Shown here one piece after another: positions 55,844 through 64,000 of a DNA stretch of 64,000 nt. The stretch comes from Parcubacteria group bacterium (GTDB lineage: Bacteria; Patescibacteriota; Minisyncoccia; Moranbacterales; UBA2206). A program made the translations under genes and the position numbers. Numbering within the stretch: position 1 is the stretch's first letter; every line of letters starts with the position of its first letter. The stretch is taken from positions 35,654 to 99,653 of the forward strand of contig JBAZYF010000001.1 in NCBI GenBank assembly GCA_041659505.1. The letters run 5' to 3'. Below the pieces are notes generated by a model. The model was not told the DNA's origin, ran no database searches, and was given only the letters and a program-made list of their open reading frames with translations.

Positions 55844-55920
55844 GCGCCCTTAGCTCAGCGGATTAGAGCATCTGGCTTCGGACCAGAGGGTCGGGGGTTC
55901 GAGTCCCTCAGGGCGCACCA
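55844..55920 (+). tRNA. tRNA-Arg (anticodon TCG) with encoded CCA
   Basis: GCGCCCT acceptor, anticodon stem TCTGG/CCAGA with loop cTTCGga, T-arm GGGGGTTCGAGTCCCTC, ends GCACCA. Confidence 0.75.
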
Positions 55921-56031
55921 ATACATAAATCATTCCCTAGGATGGGATTTTTTACATAGTCTTACGCGTTACCATAAGGGACTTGAGGGAGATTTAAAAA
56001 AACGCACATAGCCTGTGCGCTTTTTCTTTTT

Positions 56032-56427
56032 TTATTGAGCAGGCTGTGTTTGTGCTTGTTGCTGCAGTTCTGGCTGTTGAGATTGAGGAGGGACTGGCAA
56101 TTGATTAATTCTAAAGATATCATTTGGCTGATCAACTATTTTCACATACTCCTCCGCTCTCTTTTGTGCCTCATCCACAATGTTCTGAAATTTTTTACGA
56201 TTAAATATCACGTCTTTGTCTTTGGTGCTCAAATATTGCGCTCTCTTATCCTCGCTCCATCGCGGAGCATAAACATAGACATACCAAAGATACCCACAAT
56301 AGCCAGCCAGGAAAAAGAACAATAGAAATACCAATTTCTTAAGATTGCGGCTAAAAACACCACCGATCCAAAGAAAAATCTTGCCTGAAGAGATATCCTT
56401 TTTTATGTCTTTTAAATTTAGCATCAT
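56032..56427 (-). CDS. Hypothetical membrane protein at the end of the pilM-N-O operon (PilP-position)
   Basis: 131 aa. One TM helix and a Gln-rich C-terminus (PPQSQQPELQQQAQTQPAQ). Overlaps the pilO-like gene by 4 bp. Confidence 0.35.
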   Translation of the reverse strand: MMLNLKDIKKDISSGKIFLWIGGVFSRNLKKLVFLLFFFLAGYCGYLWYVYVYAPRWSEDKRAQYLSTKDKDVIFNRKKFQNIVDEAQKRAEEYVKIVDQPNDIFRINQLPVPPQSQQPELQQQAQTQPAQ

Positions 56428-57152
56428 TCTGTGTAAACAACTATATTAAATGAACTCTTTAACTCTGAGGTATCATTGGAGCTATCTTCTGAATTATTGA
56501 TGGAATTACTGTTTTGATTTATCGGCGAAAGAAATATCTCCCTTGAAACAGCACTTTTGTCTGTCGCTAAATTTTCATTTTTTATAAAAACTTTCTGCAA
56601 ATCAAAAGAAAGTATATTGACATAGTATTTGCTATTTTCTAGTTTATGAATAAAATTTAAAAATCCAGCATAATTCCCCTCCAAATCAACCCTGATTGAT
56701 ATATATTGCCTGTAAACAAGTTCGCTTTCGATACCTTTCTTTTCATCACTTAGGGCAGCAGAAGTTTTCTTCGCAACAACTTTAGTTTTTGTGTCAGATA
56801 TGGAATTGCCAGAATTATTATCATCCAAAACTTTTAGCACTATCTTATTATCTGTTTCCTGGGCCAGCGCTTCGACATACTCGATAAATTCAACTTTATT
56901 ATTTGAATTGAGAATTGTGCCGACTGCCGATTTATTATTCTCGAAATCCATATTAGCTTTTTCCATCTCCGGTATCTTGCCTACTTTGGCCTTCTCCAAG
57001 CCACTATCAATTATTTTTTCCTGGATCAAGTCTGCCTTAGCCTGAATCATTTTTGTCATCATTAAAAACGACCAATAAAAAAGGGGCGCAATTACAACCA
57101 AAAAAATCATGATTGCTAAAATAATCTTATTTTTTTTCCAAAAATTTTTCAT
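56424..57152 (-). CDS. PilO-like type IV pilus assembly protein
   Basis: 242 aa with an N-terminal TM helix, a coiled-coil segment and a periplasmic domain. Immediately downstream of pilN. Confidence 0.5.
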   Translation of the reverse strand: MKNFWKKNKIILAIMIFLVVIAPLFYWSFLMMTKMIQAKADLIQEKIIDSGLEKAKVGKIPEMEKANMDFENNKSAVGTILNSNNKVEFIEYVEALAQETDNKIVLKVLDDNNSGNSISDTKTKVVAKKTSAALSDEKKGIESELVYRQYISIRVDLEGNYAGFLNFIHKLENSKYYVNILSFDLQKVFIKNENLATDKSAVSREIFLSPINQNSNSINNSEDSSNDTSELKSSFNIVVYTE

Positions 57153-57703
57153 CGTTTCTTAATACAATTTTCCTTTATGCCTAAATCTATTTGGAATGCG
57201 ATGTCTTCTTTGGAAACCAAATCAGACAGTGGCAGATTGACATTTTCAAAGCATTCTTCCTTGCTCAAATTGTCCCTAAATGAAAGCAAATCGTCACGCG
57301 TCTTTGCCTTTCCCATAAGATGGACCGAAAAATCCTTCGTAGACAATCCGATGATTTCAATACTGTGAGGTGTCGCGCGATTCAACATTAGAAAAAAATT
57401 TGACCAATAGAGCTGCCCGGAGGAAATAGCAGAAATTTTTGTCAGCTTTGCGTTTATTTCAGAAAATTTATTTTCATAGTAGGCGATTGTTTGATATTGC
57501 GCCCCGTTCAAATTATTACCCATTATTTCGGAATTGGCCTGGAGGTCGAACCTTAAAAGATAGTCAATTCCAAAAATAAACGTGAAGAAAACTAAACCAG
57601 TACAAAAAAATACAATTTCCCAGCCCAAAACTGACCGAAATCTTTCATTTTTCAAAATCTCATCCTTTTTGTCTTGTGGTAATAGATTAATGCCTATTTT
57701 CAT
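57149..57703 (-). CDS. pilN: PilN-like type IV pilus assembly protein
   Basis: MKIGINLLPQDKK (INLLP motif), one TM helix. Overlaps pilM. Confidence 0.65.
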   Translation of the reverse strand: MKIGINLLPQDKKDEILKNERFRSVLGWEIVFFCTGLVFFTFIFGIDYLLRFDLQANSEIMGNNLNGAQYQTIAYYENKFSEINAKLTKISAISSGQLYWSNFFLMLNRATPHSIEIIGLSTKDFSVHLMGKAKTRDDLLSFRDNLSKEECFENVNLPLSDLVSKEDIAFQIDLGIKENCIKKR

Positions 57704-58766
57704 AGTCTTTTTTTCTCATTGCGAGACCGATTGCTGTTGCGAATTGCAAGGATCTTTCTTTGTTGATTATTGGCAAGCGGGAACCGAAATCCAAATTCAC
57801 CCATGGGTCTCCGATACAGATTCCATGCCCCAATCTCTTCGCTAGATACGGCACCAATCCTTTCAAGCTAGCTCCTCCGCAAATGATAATTCTGTCAACA
57901 TCCTTGGATACGGTATTGATGTTTTGGTAAAAATCTATAGTTTTTTCTATTTCCACAGAAAGTCCTTCTAGATAGGATCTTATAGAATTAAAAACCGAAT
58001 CATCGTCATGACAGCAACCCACTCCTTGAGAGATCTTTATCTTCTCCGCCTCTTCATTGTTGATTCCCAACGTCTTAGCGATTGCATCAGTTACACCATT
58101 AGAGGAGAATGGGATACTTGAAGAAAAAAATGGCAAATTATCCTCCGCAACAACAAAATTAGTTCGCCTAGAGCCCAGGTCAACAATCAAAGAAACGCGC
58201 CCTTCCTCCGTCGATCCATTGATCAAACTTCTGGCTGTCGCGATTGATTCCGCTTCAAGCCCATGAACTTCTATGCCAGCTAGTTCGAATACCTCCAAAA
58301 GATCATCAATAATTTCTTTGGAAATAGCTACAGTTAAAATGTTTTGTTTACCTGCGAAATTTCCAATCAGCTGCCAATCATAGTAAACTTGATCTACGGA
58401 GAGCGGGATGCTTGCCTCAATTTCCCATTTAATCGCCTCGCCGATCTCGGATTGTTCCATGTTTGGAATAGAAATGACGCGCAAAAAAACTTTCGACTCG
58501 GGCAAAGAACAAAAAGCTTTTTTGGTATTTATTTTTTTTGGCCCAACACCAGCCACTGCCGATCTCAATGCCGCCGCCACTTTTTGCTTGTCCACTATGC
58601 GCCCCTCTTCCATGCTCCCAGCGGGGATAGGCGCGACAGCATAGCTCCTGATACGATCATGCGCCCCATCACTTTCCAATTGCAGCACTTTCACGAAAAG
58701 ATCTCCCAGATCAACACCAAAATACTTATCTTCAAAATTTATTACATTTTTTTTAAAAAAATTCAT
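57687..58766 (-). CDS. pilM: PilM type IV pilus assembly ATPase-like protein (actin fold)
   Basis: 359 aa. YFGVDLGDLFVKVLQLE...GSRRTNFVV...IICGGAS is the PilM/FtsA-like pattern. Confidence 0.75.
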   Translation of the reverse strand: MNFFKKNVINFEDKYFGVDLGDLFVKVLQLESDGAHDRIRSYAVAPIPAGSMEEGRIVDKQKVAAALRSAVAGVGPKKINTKKAFCSLPESKVFLRVISIPNMEQSEIGEAIKWEIEASIPLSVDQVYYDWQLIGNFAGKQNILTVAISKEIIDDLLEVFELAGIEVHGLEAESIATARSLINGSTEEGRVSLIVDLGSRRTNFVVAEDNLPFFSSSIPFSSNGVTDAIAKTLGINNEEAEKIKISQGVGCCHDDDSVFNSIRSYLEGLSVEIEKTIDFYQNINTVSKDVDRIIICGGASLKGLVPYLAKRLGHGICIGDPWVNLDFGSRLPIINKERSLQFATAIGLAMRKKDYENRH

Positions 58767-58896
58767 GAGCTTTCTGTAAATTATCTACTATAATAAGAGG
58801 ATGGATGAGTTGTTATACGCATTGCAAATAAAAAATAAACTACGATTGCTAATTTAAGTATAGCACACTTTTTGTATTTGTATTTGTATTTTTATT

Positions 58897-60507
58897 TCAT
58901 AATTCTTCCCAAAGATCGATAGCATACTCTGTCCCAGTAGGAAAAAAGGGTGGTGGAAAATAGAGCAGATTATTGTCAAAATTCAAATTGCGCGTATCAT
59001 ACCCAGTTCCATCGGTCCAAGAAAATCCGTAGCGCTGATTGGTTGCAATCGAACCATTGACCGTAATTGTATTTCTGTGATCATCAGAGTTGTAATCATC
59101 GCAATGCTGCACATCATCAGACAGATCGTTTGGAGTGACAAGCGACCAATTCTTCCAAATTGAGCAAGTACTGCCCCACCAACTTATACAAGTATCGTAT
59201 TGCCATCGCTTACAAGTATAATATTCCCGGCCGACCTTTCCGCTTTGCGCCAAAAATGCACCATCTATTACTAAAGTATTTAGGCTATTTTTTACAATTT
59301 CTACATTATCTTGAGCAATGACCCCGATAATATCATTGCCGTTAAAATTCGTATACAATAGATTGTTGATACCCAAAAAAACGTTCGCCGGCAAACCGCT
59401 CCCAAGATTGGCCGCCACAATCGTTATCTTTTTATTATTGATCGTTCCTTCAAGCCAAATGTTATCTTCTACGAAAATTATCCCACTCGCCGGAATTGTG
59501 TAGGTGGTCGAGCTACTTTCTGTAGTTATAGTATTCAATCCCTGGTATAAAACTCGCCCTTTAGTATCATAAGTATTTTTATCATAATTCGTCACTCTCC
59601 TTACTGTCATAGTTCCATTGCTATTGAGCACGATATGTCTACCGTAATCGCTACTGTCGAAATAACAACCCGTTGCAGTACAATTATTATTAGTTGTTCC
59701 GCCTGGCTTCTTCGCCTCTGTCTTCATGAGACTCAAGTCGGAAATAACACCATTGAAGCTAACTTCCGCTACTGGAAATTGCCTGCCTGCCTCGAAAACA
59801 TCCGCTCTTACTGGTATTGGACTGACTGAACCGGCCTCGGTCGCAAGGCCACTACTACTCACGCCAGTTTGCGGAGGAACTCTCACGTGTGTATGCACCC
59901 CAAATTCAACTACTCCAGTATGGTCAGAATCATCAACAGTCGGCAAAAGGCTAGAAATTACATTATGCGCTATTCCATCAAAACGAATGCCTCCATTAGA
60001 ATGGATTTTTCCATAGACTTCCGTTCCTTCGCCAAAACGCATAAAATCATTGGCAAGCACGGCATATTCACTCCAGGATGGCCTCCTAAAACGCACCTTG
60101 ACAGTTCTCTTTATGCCAGGAGCTTTATTCGACCAACCAGTCGATTCAACATTAATGATTGTCGATCCTGTTACTGGTGGAGTGACGACAATTTGATACT
60201 CTCCAATTCCTGAATAGTCCACTGCTTCGGGAGAAAAACCCATCGGCCCTCCAGTTTGCAAAAATGTATTAATCTCTGCAGCCGTTTTCCCTGAGGTTTC
60301 ATGCGCAAGATACCAACGGTAATAATAGATGCCTGCTTCCGCAATCTGAAAAGCCTTTTCTTTTTCAACTCGATTAAGGCTAAATTTTAGCTGGGAGGAT
60401 ATGTAGCCCAAGATAGAAACCAAAATAATCATTACGCTTGACATAATCACAAGCGCATATGCCAATGCTGATCCAGAATTATTTTTTTGTTTTTTATTAT
60501 GTGCCAT
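58897..60507 (-). CDS. Large pilus-associated protein with a PilX-like N-terminal domain
   Basis: 536 aa. The N-terminus SALAYALVIMSSVMIILVSILGYISSQ resembles the PilX N-terminal helix. The rest is a beta-rich, Cys-containing extracellular domain. Confidence 0.45.
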   Translation of the reverse strand: MAHNKKQKNNSGSALAYALVIMSSVMIILVSILGYISSQLKFSLNRVEKEKAFQIAEAGIYYYRWYLAHETSGKTAAEINTFLQTGGPMGFSPEAVDYSGIGEYQIVVTPPVTGSTIINVESTGWSNKAPGIKRTVKVRFRRPSWSEYAVLANDFMRFGEGTEVYGKIHSNGGIRFDGIAHNVISSLLPTVDDSDHTGVVEFGVHTHVRVPPQTGVSSSGLATEAGSVSPIPVRADVFEAGRQFPVAEVSFNGVISDLSLMKTEAKKPGGTTNNNCTATGCYFDSSDYGRHIVLNSNGTMTVRRVTNYDKNTYDTKGRVLYQGLNTITTESSSTTYTIPASGIIFVEDNIWLEGTINNKKITIVAANLGSGLPANVFLGINNLLYTNFNGNDIIGVIAQDNVEIVKNSLNTLVIDGAFLAQSGKVGREYYTCKRWQYDTCISWWGSTCSIWKNWSLVTPNDLSDDVQHCDDYNSDDHRNTITVNGSIATNQRYGFSWTDGTGYDTRNLNFDNNLLYFPPPFFPTGTEYAIDLWEEL

Positions 60508-60554
60508 ATGTTTCCTGCCGACCTGTTAGTAAGTAGGCAGGCATTTTTCATGAT

Positions 60555-61238
60555 TTAATGGATCCGATCATAATCGTTCAAATTTCGCATTTCCACAAAT
60601 GTTTGCAGTTCGATATTATCTGGAGCCCGATTAGGATCAATATTTATCTTGAGATGGATTTTCATAAGCCGCACATCTGCCACATTAGCTGGAGTTACCA
60701 AAGGAACCTGCGTTGAGCCACCAGCATAATTCTTGTCATAATAGTAAAAAATGGGCTCTGCGCTAGTATTGACAATTCTTCTGGCAAGCGTAAGAATTTG
60801 CTGATCAGCGCTTGGATATGATTTGGGCATAGTTACTGTTGGATCAGTCACGCCCATTAAAATGTCCGTATTGCTTTTGTAAATGTGAATCCGCTCTGTT
60901 ACGCCATCACGATCATAGTCAGAATAAGCGACTAAATCATTATCGTCGGCGAAATAAATAGGATACGCACCATTATCCGACTGCCTAATACTCCGAAGAT
61001 AATTCACTATTGTATTCACTCCCTGAGAAACAGCCATCGAGGACTGCCCCATTTCTAGTGTATAGGAATTATTTTTCCAAGCATTGACGAAAAGCAAAGA
61101 GAATCCCTCAATTCCGATAGCAAAAATCGCAATAGCCACCAAAGTCTCCACTAGGGTTAAACCTTGCCTGCCAGCGGTCCTTCTGCCAGCATAATAAGCA
61201 AGCAGGCTTTTTTGTTTTTTTATCTTTTGATTCATCAT
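60555..61238 (-). CDS. Prepilin-type (type IV pilin-like) protein
   Basis: RQG|LTLVETLVAIAIFAIGI is a class III signal with Glu at +5. Confidence 0.65.
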   Translation of the reverse strand: MMNQKIKKQKSLLAYYAGRRTAGRQGLTLVETLVAIAIFAIGIEGFSLLFVNAWKNNSYTLEMGQSSMAVSQGVNTIVNYLRSIRQSDNGAYPIYFADDNDLVAYSDYDRDGVTERIHIYKSNTDILMGVTDPTVTMPKSYPSADQQILTLARRIVNTSAEPIFYYYDKNYAGGSTQVPLVTPANVADVRLMKIHLKINIDPNRAPDNIELQTFVEMRNLNDYDRIH

Positions 61239-62641
61239 AAAACTATCTCCACTTTCTTAAGACTGCCCGCAGTGACCACAACATCAGATTCGTTATCAGA
61301 AAAACCATCCGCCGTAATTTTCATGTGATATGTTTCTGGCAGAAACGGATCGCTCGAATCGGGAAAAAATACCTTCCCCTCACTGGTTGTTTCTAACTCC
61401 TTATCATAGCTCAATGCGCTATTGGTCAACTTTATCTTCGCTCCGACAATCGGGGCATCGCTAGCATCAAGCAGTATAACAAATAGAGCCGTAGAAGCCT
61501 TACTTGCCAATTTCACCTTAACGTCTAATGTTCCGTCGACTGATAATAAGGAGAAAGGGGCGATCGGATCAATATTCACTATTTCATAATCATCAAATGT
61601 TGAACCAGCTAAAGAAAAATTATACTCTCCGGGACTAACTGAATTAAAAAATTTTTGCCCGCTAGAATCGGTCGTACCATCCTCATCGAGGTTGTAGACT
61701 GGAGCAAATGGTTCGGCGATATCTGTGCCCAACGTTCTTCCTCCGGAAAGGTGAAAATTAGCATTATCAATCGGCGCGTCAAGGTAATCAACTACAGAAA
61801 TTCTAATATTGGCCAATTGATTTTGGACAATATTTTTCAAATTTACTGAACCAGATCCAGTTACTACTGAAGCATGAATGTCGATAGGATTGTAAAGACT
61901 ATCGGGATATGGCGGCATCGTTACGACCGTTTCATAACCAGCCTTGGTTACTGTTATTTGATATTTCTGGATCGAGTCTGTCACTGAACTTCCTATGAAT
62001 GTAGCATTTCCTGAGCCATCAGTATCAAGGCTAGTATTGATGCCTGTCTCAGGATTATATATATGCACATTAGAATCAGCAATTCCTCCGCCACCTGGCT
62101 GATCACTAAAAATATTCACTGAAAGAATGCCGTCTCCAATATGGGGAATCTCCAGCCCAGGCGGAACAAAACGCGATATGAGCTTAACCTCTTCTGTGTT
62201 CCCCGTATTGATCCAGGAAACAGTAATTGAAACTTTTTTATAATCCTCAAACCATACCGTATCGGAAGCTGCAACTCCATCATAAGGATCATCGACATAC
62301 ACTACCTCGGTGTGCACATGATAATGGCGAGTATTTTCAGAAATGTCTTGATCTTGCGGAATATTTCCACTTATCGTCCCTCCGACTGTGCCAATATTGT
62401 CATAAGCGAGATTATGTACAATTTCGAGCTTCTCATTAGCAATTGCTAATGCTCCAAGTCGATTTTTGGCATCTTGAATATAACGAAGACCTACCGCAAA
62501 AACCGAATAGAACGTAACCGTAATCAAAGAAAAGATAAAAAGCAAAGTTAGCGCTTCGATGAGCATAAAGGCACTATGCATTCCTGCTTTCTTTGGATGA
62601 CCTATTTCATTCTTCAGTTTTTCTTTTTGAACAAAATTCAT
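61235..62641 (-). CDS. Large pilin-like protein (468 aa) with a non-canonical prepilin signal
   Basis: KAGMHSA|FMLIEALTLLFIFSLI has Phe at +1 and Glu at +5, but Ala rather than Gly at -1. Overlaps the downstream pilin gene by 4 bp. Confidence 0.5.
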   Translation of the reverse strand: MNFVQKEKLKNEIGHPKKAGMHSAFMLIEALTLLFIFSLITVTFYSVFAVGLRYIQDAKNRLGALAIANEKLEIVHNLAYDNIGTVGGTISGNIPQDQDISENTRHYHVHTEVVYVDDPYDGVAASDTVWFEDYKKVSITVSWINTGNTEEVKLISRFVPPGLEIPHIGDGILSVNIFSDQPGGGGIADSNVHIYNPETGINTSLDTDGSGNATFIGSSVTDSIQKYQITVTKAGYETVVTMPPYPDSLYNPIDIHASVVTGSGSVNLKNIVQNQLANIRISVVDYLDAPIDNANFHLSGGRTLGTDIAEPFAPVYNLDEDGTTDSSGQKFFNSVSPGEYNFSLAGSTFDDYEIVNIDPIAPFSLLSVDGTLDVKVKLASKASTALFVILLDASDAPIVGAKIKLTNSALSYDKELETTSEGKVFFPDSSDPFLPETYHMKITADGFSDNESDVVVTAGSLKKVEIVL

Positions 62642-62650
62642 TTTGCCTTC

Positions 62651-62753
62651 AATTTCTAATTTCTAAACAATTTCTAATTTATTAATGACTGAATTTTTAA
62701 ATTAAGTCATTTTTAAAATTGTTTGAAAATTGTAAATTGTAAATTGAAAATTT
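62651..62753. repeat. About 110-bp AT-rich leader repeat, copy 2, between pilC and the large pilin gene
   Basis: Homologous to 17621..17732 over its whole length. Confidence 0.55.
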
Positions 62754-63972
62754 ATTTTATATTATCCATAAGACTATACATCGGCTGAAGCATCGAAATC
62801 GCAAAAAATCCCACTGCACCTCCAATAAAAATCATTAACACTGGCTCTATAATCGAGGACATATTTTTTGATATTTGATCAATTTCATCTTCATAAAATT
62901 CCGCTAATTTTAAAAGGACAGTTTCTGTTTTTCCCGTTTCCTCCCCGACTTGAGCCATCTGCGCCATCAGCACCGGAAAGACTTTGGTATTTTTCTGGAT
63001 AACCTTACTGAGACTAATTCCCTTTTGAACATCTTCAATCCCCGCCCTGGTGGCTTCTTTGTAATAATAATTGGTCAGGGTATTGGAAATTATAGTCAGT
63101 GCCTCCACTACAGGCACTCCGCTGCGTAAAAGCGAGCTGTATATTCTAGCAAACCTGGCGCAATTGATTTTTATCACCATATTACTGACGACTGGGATAT
63201 TTATCATAGCAAAGCCCAGTATTTTTTTACCAAATTCTGTCGTCAAAAGAAATCTCGCCACAATGATTAAAAAAACAAAGGATACGGCCACCATAACTGA
63301 GTGTGCTCTTAAAAAATTGCTCATACCGATGATAAATTGCGTCGAGGCTGGCAATTGTACATCCATATCCGCAAAAACACCCATCATTTTTGGTAAAATA
63401 TATGTTAGCATCAGAACGGCAATGCCAATCATTGCCACAACAATCACTGCTGGATAAGTCATTGCGCCCTTGATCTTGCTCATCAGATTATGTTCTTTTT
63501 CCAATTGAACAGATAATATTTCCAAGATTTCCTCCAAATTTCCGCTCGACTCGCCCACTCGGATCATATTAACAAATAGATCTCCAAAAATTGCCGGGTA
63601 GCGCGCCAACCCATCAGCAAAAGTCATCCCAGATTGTATATCGTCAAAAACACTATTCAATATTTTTCGAAATCCTTTGTTCCTCGTTTGCAAGGATATA
63701 TTTTGGACGGCTCTGGAAATCGGTAATCCTGAAGCAACCATCACGCTTAGATTACGAGTAAACATCAACTTATCCTTAAGAGAGATACTAAAAAAACGAT
63801 CCAATAATTTCACTTGAGCATCACTCTTCTCCTTTGTTTTTAACTCCTTAAAAGAAGTCAAAATAAAACCATCCGAACGGAGCTGTGCCGCTAGATCTCT
63901 TTCATTTTTCACCTCTAGTTCTCCCGCTTTCGTCTCGCCAGAATAACTTTTTGCGCTATAGAACACCTTCAT
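62752..63972 (-). CDS. pilC: Type IV pilus inner-membrane platform protein PilC (GspF family)
   Basis: 406 aa. Two GspF-type repeats each followed by TM helices (AMTYPAVIVVAMIGIAVLMLTYILP..., EPVLMIFIGGAVGFFAISMLQPMYSL). Confidence 0.8.
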   Translation of the reverse strand: MKVFYSAKSYSGETKAGELEVKNERDLAAQLRSDGFILTSFKELKTKEKSDAQVKLLDRFFSISLKDKLMFTRNLSVMVASGLPISRAVQNISLQTRNKGFRKILNSVFDDIQSGMTFADGLARYPAIFGDLFVNMIRVGESSGNLEEILEILSVQLEKEHNLMSKIKGAMTYPAVIVVAMIGIAVLMLTYILPKMMGVFADMDVQLPASTQFIIGMSNFLRAHSVMVAVSFVFLIIVARFLLTTEFGKKILGFAMINIPVVSNMVIKINCARFARIYSSLLRSGVPVVEALTIISNTLTNYYYKEATRAGIEDVQKGISLSKVIQKNTKVFPVLMAQMAQVGEETGKTETVLLKLAEFYEDEIDQISKNMSSIIEPVLMIFIGGAVGFFAISMLQPMYSLMDNIK

Positions 63973-64000
63973 AGTCTTATTCTTTAGTGACCCGTAAAAC

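Overview
This window looks like a small, streamlined, AT-rich bacterial genome of Patescibacteria/CPR type; that lineage call is an inference from gene content. Almost every gene is on the minus strand. The window holds four recognisable blocks. (i) A seven-gene operon (4772..12214, minus) in the gene order of the E. coli Hyf/Hyc formate-hydrogenlyase membrane complex, in which both hydrogenase subunits have lost essentially every [NiFe] and [4Fe-4S] ligand cysteine (one of four Fe-S ligands survives) and no ferredoxin or formate-dehydrogenase partner is present. This is an Ehr-like ('energy-converting hydrogenase related') complex. (ii) Immediately upstream, a complete F1Fo ATP synthase operon (atpZ-B-E-F-H-A-G-D-C) split at two intergenic positions by homologous antisense cassettes of consensus promoter, small ORF and repeated terminator modules. 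(iii) Housekeeping genes (metG, glyQS, tgt, tsaD, rsmI, recG, tatD), a NUDIX/HD hydrolase cluster, cell-envelope genes (GT2/GT4, PAP2, two DedA, LysM, VanW) and two tRNA islands. (iv) A type IV pilus locus (pilC, three pilin-like genes, pilMNO). The intergenic space is unusually rich in MITE-like inverted-repeat elements: at least five families, each in two or more copies, several overlapping gene starts or stops. tRNA genes are preceded by pseudo-duplicates of their own 5' halves fused to GC-rich hairpins, and the tRNA-Ser genes are followed by GC-rich tandem arrays. The strongest lead is the redox-dead Hyf-like complex next to the ATP synthase operon. All calls are from reading the sequence; no database searches were run.
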